A stretch of 64,000 nt of DNA from the human T2T-CHM13v2.0 reference genome, Homo sapiens, in NCBI RefSeq assembly GCF_009914755.1, contig NC_060927.1; one strand, given 5' to 3'. The notes below the pieces were generated by a model. The model was given only the letters and a program-made list of their open reading frames with translations, was not told where the DNA came from and did not search any database. Every line of letters begins with the position of its first letter. Within the stretch, counting starts at the first letter, position 1. This document shows positions 15,482-33,619 of the stretch, one piece after another. The translations under genes were made by a program, and so were the position numbers.

Positions 15482-16604
15482 ACATGAAATATCAAAGTTC
15501 ACAAACTATATATTATATACTGTACATAAAATATCAATGTACCCAAGGTATATATTCTATACTGCACAAAAAATATCAAAGTACCCAAAGCATGTATTAT
15601 ATACTGTATATAAAATATGAAAGTACATCAAATATATATTTTATTCTGTACATAAAATATCAAAGTACACCAGATATATATTCTATAGTGTACATAAAAT
15701 AACAAAGTACACAAACTATAAATTATATACTGTACATAAAATATGAAATTACATCAAATATATATTAGGTACATAAAATATGAAAGTACATCAAATATAG
15801 ATTATATACTGTACATATAATATCAATGTACCCGAAATATATATTTTATACTCTACATGAAATATCAAAGTTCACAAACCATATATTGTATACTGCACAT
15901 AAAATATCAAAATACCCAAGGTATATATTCTATACTGTACAAAAAATATCAAAGTACCCAAAGCAGGTATTATATACTGTACATAAAATATGAAAGTACA
16001 TCAAATATATATTTTATTCTGTACATAAAATATCAAAGTACACCAGATATATATTCTATAGTGTACATAAAATATCAAAGTACCCAAACTATACATTATA
16101 TACTGTACATAAAATATGAAATTACATCAAATATATATTATATTAGGTACATAAAATACGAAAGTACATCAAATATAGATTATATACTGTACATAAAATA
16201 TCAAAGTACCACAATATATATTATATACTGTATATGAAATATCAAAGTTCACAAACTATATATTATATACTGTACATAAAATATCAAAGTACCCAAGGTA
16301 TATATTCTATAGTGTACAAAAAATATCAAAGTACCCAAAGCATGTATTATATACCGTACATAAAATATAAAATTACATCAAATATATATTTTATTCTGTA
16401 CATAAAATATCAAAGTACACCAGATATATATACTATAGTGTACATAAAATATCAAAGTACCCAAACTATACATTATACACTGTACATAAAATATGAAATT
16501 ATATCAAATATATATTAGGTACATAAAATATGAAAGTACATCAAATATAGATTATATACTGTAAATATAATATCAATGTACCCCAAATATATATTTTATA
16601 CTCT

Positions 16605-19600
16605 ACATGAAATATCAAAGTTCACAAACCATATATTATATACTGCACATAAAGTATCAAAGTACCCAAGGTATATATTCTATACTGTACAAAAAATATC
16701 AAAGTACCCAAAGCATGTATTATATACTGTACATAAAATATGAAAGTACATCAAATATATATTTTATTCTGTACATAAAATATCAAAGTACACCAGATTT
16801 ATATTCTATAGTGTACATAAAATATCAAAGTACCCAAACTATACATTATATACTGTACATAAAATATGAAATTACATCAAATATATATTATATTAGGTAC
16901 GTGAAATATGAAAGTACATCAAATATAGATTATATACTGTACATAAAATATGAAAGTACCCCAAATATATATTATATACTCTACATGAAATATCAAAGTT
17001 CACCAACTATATATTATATACTGTACATAAAATATCAAAGTACCCAAGGTATATATTCTATACTGTACAAAAAATATCAAAGTATCCAAAGCATGTATTA
17101 TATACTGTATATAAAATATGAAAGTACATCAAATATATATTTTATTCTGTACATAAAATATCAAAGTACCCCAGATATATATTATATAGTGTACATAAAA
17201 TATCAAAGTCCCCAAACTATACATTATATACTGTACATAAAATATGAAATTACAGCAAATATATATTATATTAGGTACATAAAATATGAAAGTACATCAA
17301 ATATAGATTATATACTGTACATTAAATACCAAAGTACCCCAAATATATATTTTATACTGTACATGAAATATCAAAGTTCACAAACTATATATTATATACT
17401 GTACATAAAATATCAATGTACCCAAGGTATATATTCTATACTGCACAAAAAATATCAAAGTACCCAAAGCATGTATTATATACTGTATATAAAATATGAA
17501 AGTACATCAAATATATATTTTATTCTGTACATAAAATATAAAAGTACACCAGATATATATTCTATAGTGTACATAAAATATCAAAGTACCCAAACTATAC
17601 ATTATATACTGTACATAAAATATGAAATTACATCAAATATATATTATATTAGGTACATAAAATACGAAAGTACATCAAATATAGATTATATACTGTACAT
17701 AAAATATCAAAGTACCCCAATATATATTATATACTGTACATGAAATATCAAAGTTCACAAACTATATATTATGTACTGTACATAAAATATCAAAGTACCC
17801 AAGGTATATATTCTATACTGTACAAAAAATATCAAAGTACCCAAAGCATGTATTATATAATGTACATAAAATATGAAAGTACATCAAATATATATTTTAT
17901 TCTGTACATAAAATATCAAAGAACACCAGATATATATTCTATAGTGTACATAAAACATCAAAGTACCCAAACTATACATTATATACTGTACATAAAATAT
18001 GAAATTACATCATATATATATTAGGTACATAAAATATGAAAGTACATCAAATATATATTTTATTCTGTACATAAAATATCAAAGTACACCAGATATATAT
18101 TCTATAGTGTACATAAAATAACAAAGTACACAAACTATAAATTATATACTGTACATAAAATATGAAATTACATCAAATATATATTAGGTACATAAAATAT
18201 GAAAGTACATCAAATATGGATTATATACTGTACATATAATATCAATGTACCCGAAATATATATTTTATACTCTACATGAAATATCAAAGTTCACAAACCA
18301 TATATTGTATACTGCACATAAAATATCAAAATACCCAAGGTATATATTCTATACTGTACAAAAAATATCAAAGTACCCAAAGCAGGTATTATATACTGTA
18401 CATAAAATATGAAAGTACATCAAATATATATTTTATTCTGTACATAAAATATCAAAGTACACCAGATATATATTCTATAGCGTACATAAAATATCAAAGT
18501 ACACAAACTATACATTATATACTGTAAATAAAATATGAAATTACATCAAATACATATTATATTAGGTACATAAAATATGAAAGTACATCAAATATAGATT
18601 ATATACTGTAAATATAATATCAATGTACCCCAAATATATATTTTATACTCTACATGAAATATCAAAGTTCACAAACCATATATTATATACTGTACATAAA
18701 ATATCAAAGTACCCAAGGTATATATTCTATACTGTACAAAAAATATCAAAGTACCCAAAGCATGTATTATATACTGTACATAAAATATGAAACTACATCA
18801 AATATATATTTTATTCTGTACATAAAATATCAAAGTACACCAGATATATATTCTATAGTGTACATAAAATATCAAATTACCCAAACTATACATTATATAC
18901 TGTACATAAAATATGAAATTACATCAAATATATATTATATTAGGTACATGAAATATGAAAGTACATCAAATATGGATTATATACTGTACATAAAATATGA
19001 AAGTACCCCAAATATATATTATATACTCTACATGAAATATCAAAGTTCACAAACTATATATTATATACTGTACATAAAATATCAAAGTACCCAAGGTATA
19101 TATTCTATACTGTACAAAAAATATCAAAGTATCCAAAGCATGTATTATATACTGTATATAAAATATGAAAGTACATCAAATATATATTTTATTCTGTACA
19201 TAAAATATCAAAGTACACCAGATATATATTCTATAGTGTACATAAAATATCAAAGTACCCTAACTATACATTATATACTGTACATACAATATGAAATTAC
19301 AGCAAATATATATTATATTAGGTACATAAAATATGAAAGTACATCAAATATAGATTATATACTCTACATTAAATACCAAAGTACCCCAAATATATATTTT
19401 ATACTGTACATGAAATATCAAAGTTCACAAACTATATATTATATACTGTACATAAAATATCAATGTACCCAAGGTATATATTCTATACTGCACAAAAAAT
19501 ATCAAAGTACCCAAAGCATGTATTATATACTGTATATAAAATATGAAAGTACATCAAATATATATTTTATTCTGTGCATAAAATATCAAAGTACACCAGA

Positions 19601-21610
19601 TATATATTCTATAGTGTACATAAAATATCAAAGTACCCAAACTATACATTATATACTGTACATAAAATATGAAATTACATCAAATATATATTATATTAGG
19701 TACATAAAATACGAAAGTACATCAAATATAGATTATATACTGTACATAAAATATCAAAGTACCCCAATATATATTATATACTGTACATGAAATATCAAAG
19801 TTCACAAACTATATATTATGTACTGTACATAAAATATCAAAGTACCCAAGGTATATATTCTATACTGTACAAAAAATATCAAAGTACCCAAAGCATGTAT
19901 TATATAATGTACATAAAATATGAAAGTACATCAAATATATATTTTATTCTGTACATAAAATATCAAAGAACACCAGATATATATTCTATAGTGTACATAA
20001 AATATCAAAGTACCCAAACTATACATTATATACTGTACATAAAATATGAAATTACATCATATATATATTAGGTACATAAAATATGAAAGTACATCAAATA
20101 TATATTTTATTCTGTACATAAAATATCAAAGTACACCAGATATATATTCTATAGTGTACATAAAATAACAAAGTACACAAACTATAAATTATATACTGTA
20201 CATAAAATATGAAATTACATCAAATATATATTAGGTACATAAAATATGAAAGTACATCAAATATAGATTATATACTGTACATATAATATCAACGTACCCG
20301 AAATATATATTTTATACTCTACATGAAATATCAAAGTTCACAAACCATATATTGTATACTGCACATAAAATATCAAAATACCCAAGGTATATATTCTACA
20401 CTGTACAAAAAATATCAAAGTACCCAAAGCAGGTATTATATACTGTATATAAAATATGAAAGTACATCAAATATATATTTTATTCTGTACATAAAATATC
20501 AAAGTACACCAGATATATATTCTATAGCGTACATAAAATATCAAGGTACCCAAACTATACATTATATACTGTACATAAAATATGAAATTACATCAAATAT
20601 ATATTATATTAGGTACATAAAATACGAAAGTACATCAAATATAGATTATATACTGTACATAAAATATCAAAGTACCCCAATATATATTATATACTGTACA
20701 TGAAATATCAAAGTTCACAAACTATATATTATGTACTGTACATAAAATATCAAAGTACCCAAGGTATATATTCTATACTGTACAAAAAATATCAAAGTAC
20801 CCAAAGCATGTATTATATAATGTACATAAAATATGAAAGTACATCAAATATATATTATATTCTGTACATAAAATATCAAAGAACACCAGATATATATTCT
20901 ATAGTGTACATAAAATATCAAAGTACCCAAACTATACATTATATACTGTACATAAAATATGAAATTACATCATATATATATTAGCTACATAAAATATGAA
21001 AGTATATCAAATATATATTTTATTCTGTACATAAAATATCAAAGTACACCAGATATATATTCTATAGTGTACATAAAATAACAAAGTACACAAACTATAA
21101 ATTATATACTGTACATAAAATATGAAATTACATCAAATATATATTAGGTACATAAAATATGAAAGTACATCAAATATAGATTATATACTGTACATATAAT
21201 ATCAATGTACCCGAAATATATATTTTATACTCTACATGAAATATCAAAGTTCACAAACCATATATTGTATACTGCACATAAAATATCAAAATACCCAAGG
21301 TATATATTCTATACTGTACAAAAAATATCAAAGTACCCAAAGCAGGTATTATATACTGTACATAAAATATGAAAGTACATCAAATATATATTTTATTCTG
21401 TACATAAAATATCAAAGTACACCAGATATATATTCTATAGTGTACATAAAATATCAAAGTACCCAAACTATACATTATATACTGTACATAAAATATGAAA
21501 TTACATCAAATATATATTATATTAGGTACATGAAATATGAAAGTACATCAAATATAGATTATATACTGTACATAAAATATGAAAGTACCCCAAATATATA
21601 TTATATACTC
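16605..21610 (+). repeat. Local 2047-bp and 913-bp tandem sub-repeats
   Basis: Offset 2047: 16607/18654, 17740/19787, 18276/20323. Offset 913 (536+377): 19787/20700, 20323/21236. Confidence 0.8.
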
Positions 21611-24600
21611 TACATGAAATATCAAAGTTCACAATCTATATATTATATACTGTACATAAAATATCAAAGTACCCAAGGTATATATTCTATACTGTACAAA
21701 AAATATCAAAGTATCCAAAGCATGTATTATATACTGTATATAAAATATGAAAGTACATCAAATATATATTTTATTCTGTACATAAAATATCAAAGTACAC
21801 CAGATATATATTCTATAGTGTACATAAAATATCAAAGTACCCAAACTATACATTATATACTGTACATAAAATATGAAATTACAGCAAATATATATTATAT
21901 TAGGTACATAAAATATGAAAGTACATCAAATATAGATTATATACTGTACATTAAATACCAAAGTACCCCAAATATATATTTTATACTGTACATGAAATAT
22001 CAAAGTTCACAAACTATATATTATATACTGTACATAAAATATCAATGTACCCAAGGTATATATTCTATACTGCACAAAAAATATCAAAGTACCCAAAGCA
22101 TGTATTATATACTGTATATAAAATATGAAAGTACATCAAATATATATTTTATTCTGTACATAAAATATCAAAGTACACCGGATATATATTCTATAGTGTA
22201 CATAAAATATCAAAGTACCCAAACTATACATTATATACTGTACATAAAATATGAAATTACATCAAATATATATTATATTAGGTACATAAAATACGAAAGT
22301 ACATCAAATATAGATTATATACTGTATATAAAATATCAAAGTACCCCAATATATATTATATACTGTACATGAAATATCAAAGTTCACAAACTATATATTA
22401 TGTACTGTACATAAAATATCAAAGTACCCAAGGTATATATTCTATACTGTACAAAAAATATCAAAGTACCCAAAGCATGTATTATATAATGTACATAAAA
22501 TATGAAAGTACATCAAATATATATTTTATTCTGTACATAAAATATCAAAGAACACCAGATATATATTCTATAGTGTACATAAAATATCAAAGTACCCAAA
22601 CTATACATTATATACTGTACATAAAATATGAAATTACATCATATATATATTAGGTACATAAAATATGAAAGTACATCAAATATATATTTTATTCTGTACA
22701 TAAAATATCAAAGTACACCAGATATATATTCTATAGTGTACATAAAATATCAAAGTACCCAAACTATACATTATATACTGTACATAAAATATGAAATTAC
22801 AGCAAATATATATTATATTTGGTACATAAAATATGAAAGTACATCAAATATAGATTATATACTGTACATTAAATACCAAAGTACCCCAAATATATATTTT
22901 ATACTGTACATGAAATATCAAAGTTCACAAACTATATATTATATACTGTACATAAAATATCAATGTACCCAAGGTATATATTCTATACTGCACAAAAAAT
23001 ATCAAAGTACCCAAAGCATGTATTATATACTGTATATAAAATATGAAAGTACATCAAATATATATTTTATTCTGTACATAAAATATCAAAGTACACCAGA
23101 TATATATTCTATAGTGTACATAAAATATCAAAGTACCCAAACTATACATTATATACTGTACATAAAATATGAAATTACATCAAATATATATTATATTAGG
23201 TACATAAAATACGAAAGTACATCAAATATAGATTATATACTGTACATAAAATATCAAAGTAACCCAATATATATTATATACTGTACATGAAATATCAAAG
23301 TTCACAAACTATATATTATGTACTGTACAGAAAATATCAAAGTACCCAAGGTATATATTCTATACTGTACAAAAAATATCAAAGTACCCAAAGCATGTAT
23401 TATATAATGTACATAAAATATGAAAGTACATCAAATATATATTTTATTCTGTACATAAAATATCAAAGAACACCAGATATATATTCTATAGTGTACATAA
23501 AATATCAAAGTACCCAAACTATACATTATATACTGTACATAAAATATGAAATTACATCATATATATATTAGGTACATAAAATATGAAAGTACATCAAATA
23601 TATATTTTATTCTGTACATAAAATATCAAAGTACACCAGATATATATTCTATATTGTACATAAAATAACAAAGTACACAAACTATAAATTATATACTGTA
23701 CATAAAATATGAAATTACATCAAATATATATTAGGTACATAAAATATGAAAGTACATCAAATATAGATTATATACTGTACATATAATATCAATGTACCCG
23801 AAGTATATATTTTATACTCTACATGAAATATCAAAGTTCACAAACCATATATTGTATACTGCACATAAAATATCACAATACCCAAGGTATATATTCTATA
23901 CTGTACAAAAAATATCAAAGTACCCAAAGCAGGTATTATATACTGTACATAAAATATGAAAGTACATCAAATATATATTTTATTCTGTACATAAAATATC
24001 AAAGTACACCAGATATATATTCTATAGCGTACATAAAATATCAAAGTACACAAACTATACATTATATACTGTACATAAAATATGAAATTACATCAAATAT
24101 ATATTATATTAGGTACATAAAATATGAAAGTACATCAAATATAGATTATATACTGTAAATATAATATCAATGTACCCCAAATATATATTTTATACTCTAC
24201 ATGAAATATGAAAGTTCACAAACCATATATTATATACTGTACATAAAATATCAAAGTACCCAAGGTATATATTCTATACTGTACAAAAAATATCAAAGTA
24301 CACAAAGCATGTATTATATACTGTACATAAAATATGAAATTACATCAAATATATATTATATTAGGTACATAAAATATGAAAGTACATCAAATATAGATTA
24401 TATACTGTACATAAAATATCAAAGTACCCCAAATATATATTATATACTGTACATGTAATATCAAAGTTCACAACTATATATTACATACTGTACATAAAAT
24501 ATCAAAGTACCCAAGGTATATATTCTATACTGTACAAAAAATATCAAAGTACCCAAAGCATGTATTATATACTGTACATAAAATATGAAAGTACATCAAA

Positions 24601-27600
24601 TATATATTTTATTCTGTACATAAAATATCAAAGTACACCAGATATATATTCTATAGTGTACATAAAATATCAAAGTACCCAAACTATACATTATATACTG
24701 TACATAAAATATGAAATTACATCAAATATATATTAGGTACATAAAATATGAAAGTACATCAAATATAGATTATATACTGTACATAAAATATCAAAGTACC
24801 CTAAATATATATTATATACTGTACATGAAATATCAAAGTTCACAAACTATATATTATATACTGTACATAAAATATCAAAGTACCCAAGGTATATATTCTA
24901 TACTGTACAAAAAATATCAAAGTACCCAAAGCATGTATTATATACTGTACATAAAATATGAAAGTACATCAAATATATATTTTCTTCTGTACATAAAATA
25001 TCAAAGTACACCTGATATATATTCTATAGTGTACATAAAATAACAAAGTACACAAACTATAAATTATATACTGTACATAAAATATGAAATTACATCAAAT
25101 ATATATTAGGTACATAAAATATGAAAGTACATCAAATATAGATTATATACTGTACATAAAATATCAATGTACCCCAAATATATATTTTATACTCTACATG
25201 AAATATCAAAGTTCACAAACCATATATTGTATACTGCACATAAAATATCAAAATACCCAAGGTATATATTCTATACTGTACAAAAAATATCAAAGTACCC
25301 AAAGCAGGTATTATATACTGTACATAAAATATGAAAGTACATCAAATATATATTTTATTCTGTACATAAAATATCAAAGTACACCAGATATATATTCTAT
25401 AGCATACATAAAATATCAAAGTACACAAACTATACATTATATACTGTACATAAAATATGAAATTACATCAAATATATATTATATTAGGTACATAAAATAT
25501 GAAAGTACATCAAATATAGATTATATACTGTACATTAAATACCAAAGTACCCCAAATATATATTTTATACTGAACATGAAATTTCAAAGTTCACAAACTA
25601 TATATTATATACTGTACATAAAATATCAAAGTACACCAGATATATATTCTATAATGTACATAAAATATCAAAGTACCCAAACTATAGATTATATACTGTA
25701 CACAAAATATGAAATTACATCAAATATATTTTATATTAGGTACATAAACTATGAAAGTACATCAAATATAGATTATATACTGTACATTAAATACCAAAGT
25801 ACCCCAAATATATATTTTATACTGTACATGAAATATCAAAGTTCACAAACTATATATTATATACTGTATATATAATATCAAAGTACCCAAGGTATATATT
25901 CTATACTGTACAAAAAATAACGAAGTACCAAAAGCATGTATTATATACTGTACCTAAAATATGAAAGTACATCAAATATATATTTTATTCTGTACATAAA
26001 ATATCAAAGTACACCAGATATATATTCTATAGTGTACATAAAATATCAAAGTACCCAAACTATACATTATATACTGTACATAAAATATGAAATTACATCA
26101 AATATATATTATATTAGGTACATAAAATATGAAAGTACATGAAGTATAGATTAAATACTGTACATAAAATATCAAAGTACCCCAAATTTATATTATATAC
26201 TATACATGAAATATCAAAGTTCACAAACTATATATTATATACTGTACATAAAATATCAAAGTACCCAAGGTATATATTCTATAGTGTACAAAAAATATCA
26301 AAGTACCCAAAGCATGTATTATATACCGTACATAAAATATAAAATTACATCAAATATATATTTTATTCTGTACATAAAATATCAAAGTACACCAGTTATA
26401 TATTCTATAGAGTACATAAAATATCAAAGTACCCAAACTATACATTACATACTGTACATAAAATATGAAATTACATCAAATATATATTATAATAGGTACA
26501 TAAAATATGAAAGTACATCAAATATAGATTATATACTGTACATTAAATACGAAAGTACCCCAAATATATATTTTATACTGTACATGAAATATCAAAGTAC
26601 CCAAGGTATATATTCTATACTGTACAAAAAATATCAAAGTACCCAAAGCATGTATTACAAACTGTACATAAAATATGAAAGTCCATCAAATATATATTTT
26701 ATTCTGTACATAAAATATCAAAGTACACCAGATATATATTCTATAGTGTACATAAAATATCAAAGTACCCAAACTATACATTATATACTGTACATAAAAT
26801 ATGAAATTACATCAAATATATATTATATTAGGTACATAAAATATGAAAGTACATCAAATATAGATTATATACTGTACATTAAGTACCAAAGTACCCCAAA
26901 TATATATTTTATACTGTACATGAAATATCAAAGTTCACAAACTATATATTATATACTGTACATAAAATATCAAAGTACCCAAGGTATATATTCTATACTG
27001 TACAAAAAATATCAAAGTACCCAAAGCATGTATTATATACTGTACATAAAGTATGAAAGTACATCAAATATATATTTTATTCTGTACATAAAATATCAAG
27101 GTACACCAGATATATATTCTATAGTGTACATAAAATATCAAAGTACCCAAACTATAAATTATATACTGTACATAAAATATGAAATTACATCAAATATATA
27201 TTATATTAGGTACATAAAATATGAAAGTACATCAAATATAGATTATATACTCTACATTAAATACCAAAGTACCCCAAATATATATTTTATACTGTACATG
27301 AAATATCAAAGTTCACAAAGTATATATTATATACTGTACATAAAATATCAAAGTACCCAAGGTATATATTCTATACTGTACAAAAGATATCAAAGTACCC
27401 AAAGCATGTATTATATACTGTACATAAAATATGAAAGTACATCATATATATATTTTATTCTGTACATAAAATATTAAAGTACACCAGATATATATTCTAT
27501 AGTGTACATAAAATATCAAAGTACCCAAACTATACATTATATACTGTACATAAAATATGAAATTACATCAAATATATATTAAGTACATAAAATATGAAAG

Positions 27601-30600
27601 TACATCAAATATAGATTATATACTGTACATAAAATATCAATGTACACCAAATATATATTATATACTCTACATGAAATATCAAAGTTCACAAACTATATAT
27701 TATATACTGTCCATAAAATATCAAAGTACCCAAGGTATATATTCTATACTGTACAAAAAATATCAAAGTACCCAAAGCATGTATTATATACTGTACCTAA
27801 AATATGAAAGTACATCAAATATATATTTTATTCTGTACATAAAATATCAAAGTACACCAGATATATATTCTATAGTGTATATAAAATATCAAAGTACCCA
27901 AACTATACATTATATACTGTACATAAAATATGAAATTACATCAAATATATATTATATTAGGTACATAAAATATGAAAGTACATGAAGTATAGATTATATA
28001 CTGTACATAAAATATCAAAGTACCCCTAATTTATATTATATACTATACATGAAATATCAAAGTTCACAAACTATATATTATATACTGTACATAAAATATC
28101 AAAGTACCCAAGGTATATATTCTATAGTGTACAAAAAATATCAAAGTACCCAAAGCATGTATTATATACCGTACATAAAATATAAAATTACATCAAATAT
28201 ATATTTTATTCTGTACATAAAATATCAAAGTACACCAGATATATATACTATAGTGTACAGAAAATATCAAAGTACCCAAACTATACATTATACACTGCAC
28301 ATAAAATATGAAATTACATCAAATATATATTAGGTACATAAAATATGAAAGTACATCAAATATAGATTATATACTGTAAATATAATATCAATGTACCCCA
28401 AATATATATTTTATACTCTACATGAAATATCAAAGTTCACAAACCATATATTATATACTGTACATAAAATATCAAAGTACCCAAGGTATATATTCTATAC
28501 TGTACAAAAAATATCAAAGTACCCAAAGCATGTATTATATACTGTACATAAAATATGAAAGTACATCAAATATATATTTTATTCTATACATAAAATATCA
28601 AAGTACACCAGATATATATTCTACAGTGTACATAAAATATCAAAGTACCCAAACTATACATTATATACTGTACATAAAATATGAAATTACATCAAATATA
28701 TTTTATATTAGGTACATAAAATATGAAAGTACATCAAATATAGATTATATACTGTACATAAAATATCAAAGTACCCCAAATATATATTATATACTCTACA
28801 TGAAATATCAAAGTTCACAAACTATATATTATATACTGTACATAAAATATCAAAGTACCCAAGGTATATATTCTATACTGTACAAAAAATATCAAAGTAC
28901 CCAAAGCATGTATAACAAACTGTACCTAAAATATGAAAGTACATCAAATATATATTTTATTCTGTACATAAAATATCAAAGTACACCAGATATATATTCT
29001 ATAGTGTACATAAAATATCAAAGTACCCAAACTATACATTATATACTGTACATAAAATATGAAATTACAGCAAATATATATTATATTAGGTACATAAAAT
29101 ATGAAAGTACATCAAATATAGATTATATACTGTACATTAAATACCAAAGTACCCCAAATATATATTTTATACTGTACATGAAATATCAAAGTTCACAAAC
29201 TATATATTATATACTGTACATAAAATATCAATGTACCCAAGGTATATATTCTATACTGCACAAAAAATATCAAAGTACCCAAAGCATGTATTATATACTG
29301 TATATAAAATATGAAAGTACATCAAATATATATTTTATTCTGTACATAAAATATCAAAGTACACCAGATATATATTCTATAGTGTACATAAAATAACAAA
29401 GTACACAAACTATAAATTATATACTGTACATAAAATATGAAATTACATCAAATATATATTAGGTACATAAAATATGAAAGTACATCAAATATAGATTATA
29501 TACTGTACATATAATATCAATGTACCCGAAATATATATTTTATACTCTACATGAAATATCAAAGTTCACAAACCATATATTGTATACTGCACATAAAATA
29601 TCAAAATACCCAAGGTATATATTCTATACTGTACAAAAAATATCAAAGTACCCAAAGCAGGTATTATATACTGTACATAAAATATGAAAGTACATCAAAT
29701 ATATATTTTATTCTGTACATAAAATATCAAAGTACACCAGATATATATTCTATAGCGTACATAAAATATCAAAGTACACAAACTATACATTATATACTGT
29801 AAATAAAATATGAAATTACATCAAATACATATTATATTAGGTACATAAAATATGAAAGTACATCAAATATAGATTATATACTGTAAATATAATATCAATG
29901 TACCCCAAATATATATTTTATACTCTACATGAAATATCAAAGTTCACAAACCACATATTATATACTGTACATAAAATATCAAAGTACCCAAGGTATATAT
30001 TCTATACTGTACAAAAAATATCAAAGTACCCAAAGCATGTATTATATACTGTACATAAAATATGAAAGTACATCAAATATATATTTTATTCTGTACATAA
30101 AATATCAAAGTACACCAGATATATATTCTATAGTGTACATAAAATATCAAAGTACCCAAACTATACATTATATACTGTACATAAAATATGAAATTACATC
30201 AAATATATATTATATTAGGTACATGAAATATGAAAGTACATCAAATATAGATTATATACTGTACATAAAATATGAAAGTACCCCAAATATATATTATATA
30301 CTCTACATGAAATATCAAAGTTCACAAACTATATATTATATACAGTACATAAAATATCAAAGTACCCAAGGTATATATTCTATACTGTACAAAAAATATC
30401 AAAGTATCCAAAGCATGTATTATATACTGTATATAAAATATGAAAGTACATCAAATATATATTTTATTCTGTACATAAAATATCAAAGTACACCAGATAT
30501 ATATTCTATAGTGTACATAAAATATCAAAGTACCCTAACTATACATTATATACTGTACATACAATATGAAATTACAGCAAATATATATTATATTAGGTAC

Positions 30601-33600
30601 ATAAAATATGAAAGTACATCAAATATAGATTATATACTCTACATTAAATACCAAAGTACCCCAAATATATATTTTATACTGTACATGAAATATCAAAGTT
30701 CACAAACTATATATTATATACTGTACATAAAATATCAATGTACCCAAGGTATATATTCTATATTGCACAAAAAATATCAAAGTACCCAAAGCATGTATTA
30801 TATACTGTATATAAAATATGAAAGTACATCAAATATATATTTTATTCTGTGCATAAAATATCAAAGTACACCAGATATATATTCTATAGTGTACATAAAA
30901 TATCAAAGTACCCAAACTATACATTATATACTGTACATAAAATATGAAATTACATCAAATATATATTATATTAGGTACATAAAATACGAAAGTACATCAA
31001 ATATAGATTATATACTGTACATAAAATATCAAAGTACCCCAATATATATTATATACTGTACATGAAATATCAAAGTTCACAAACTATATATTATGTACTG
31101 TACATAAAATATCAAAGTACCCAAGGTATATATTCTATACTGTACAAAAAATATCAAAGTACCCAAAGCATGTATTATATAATGTACATAAAATATGAAA
31201 GTACATCAAATATATATTTTATTCTGTACATAAAATATCAAAGAACACCAGATATATATTCTATAGTGTACATAAAATATCAAAGTACCCAAACTATACA
31301 TTATATACTGTACATAAAATATGAAATTACATCATATATATATTAGGTACATAAAATATGAAAGTACATCAAATATATATTTTATTCTGTACATAAAATA
31401 TCAAAGTACACCAGATATATATTCTATAGTGTACATAAAATAACAAAGTACACAAACTATAAATTATATACTGTACATAAAATATGAAATTACATCAAAT
31501 ATATATTAGGTACATAAAATATGAAAGTACATCAAATATAGATTATATACTGTACATATAATATCAATGTACCCGAAATATATATTTTATACTCTACATG
31601 AAATATCAAAGTTCACAAACCATATATTGTATACTGCACATAAAATATCAAAATACCCAAGGTATATATTCTATACTGTACAAAAAATATCAAAGTACCC
31701 AAAGCAGGTATTATATACTGTATATAAAATATGAAAGTACATCAAATATATATTTTATTCTGTACATAAAATATCAAAGTACACCAGATATATATTCTAT
31801 AGTGTACATAAAATATCAAGGTACCCAAACTATACATTATATACTGTACATAAAATATGAAATTACATCAAATATATATTATATTAGGTACATAAAATAC
31901 GAAAGTACATCAAATATAGATTATATACTGTACATAAAATATCAAAGTACCCCAATATATATTATATACTGTACATGAAATATCAAAGTTCACAAACTAT
32001 ATATTATGTACTGTACATAAAATATCAAAGTACCCAAGGTATATATTCTATACTGTACAAAAAATATCAAAGTACCCAAAGCATGTATTATATAATGTAC
32101 ATAAAATATGAAAGTACATCAAATATATATTATATTCTGTACATAAAATATCAAAGAACACCAGATATATATTCTATAGTGTACATAAAATATCAAAGTA
32201 CCCAAACTATACATTATATACTGTACATAAAATATGAAATTACATCATATATATATTAGCTACATAAAATATGAAAGTATATCAAATATATATTTTATTC
32301 TGTACATAAAATATCAAAGTACACCAGATATATATTCTATAGTGTACATAAAATAACAAAGTACACAAACTATAAATTATATACTGTACATAAAATATGA
32401 AATTACATCAAATATATATTAGGTACATAAAATATGAAAGTACATCAAATATAGATTATATACTGTACATATAATATCAATGTACCCGAAATATATATTT
32501 TATACTCTACATGAAATATCAAAGTTCACAAACCATATATTGTATACTGCACATAAAATATCAAAATACCCAAGGTATATATTCTATACTGTACAAAAAA
32601 TATCAAAGTACCCAAAGCAGGTATTATATACTGTACATAAAATATGAAAGTACATCAAATATATATTTTATTCTGTACATAAAATATCAAAGTACACCAG
32701 ATATATATTCTATAGCGTACATAAAATATCAAAGTACACAAACTATACATTATATACTGTACATAAAATATGAAATTACATCAAATATATATTATATTAG
32801 GTACATAAAGTATGAAAGTACATCAAATATAGATTATATACTGTAAATATAATATTAATGTACCCCAAATATATATTTTATACTCTACATGAAATATCAA
32901 AGTTCACAAACCATATATTATATACTGTACATAAAATATCAAAGTACCCAAGGTATATATTCTATACTGTACAAAAAATATCAAAGTACCCAAAGCATGT
33001 ATTATATACTGTACATAAAATATGAAAGTACATCAAATATATATTTTATTCTGTACATAAAATATCAAAGTACACCAGATATATATTCTATAGTGTACAT
33101 AAAATATCAAAGTACCCAAACTATACATTATATACTGTACATAAAATATGAAATTACATCAAATATATATTATATTAGGTACATGAAATATGAAAGTACA
33201 TCAAATATAGATTATATACTGTACATAAAATATGAAAGTACCCCAAATATATATTATATACTCTACATGAAATATCAAAGTTCACAAACTATATATTATA
33301 TACTGTACATAAAATATCAAAGTACCCAAGGTATATATTCTATACTGTACAAAAAATATCAAAGTATCCAAAGCATGTATTATATACTGTATATAAAATA
33401 TGAAAGTACATCAAATATATATTTTATTCTGTACATAAAATATCAAAGTACACCAGATATATATTCTATAGTGTACATAAAATATCAAAGTACCCAAACT
33501 ATACATTATATACTGTACATAAAATATGAAATTACAGCAAATATATATTATATTAGGTACATAAAATATGAAAGTACATCAAATATAGATTATATACTGT

Positions 33601-33619
33601 ACATTAAATACCAAAGTAC

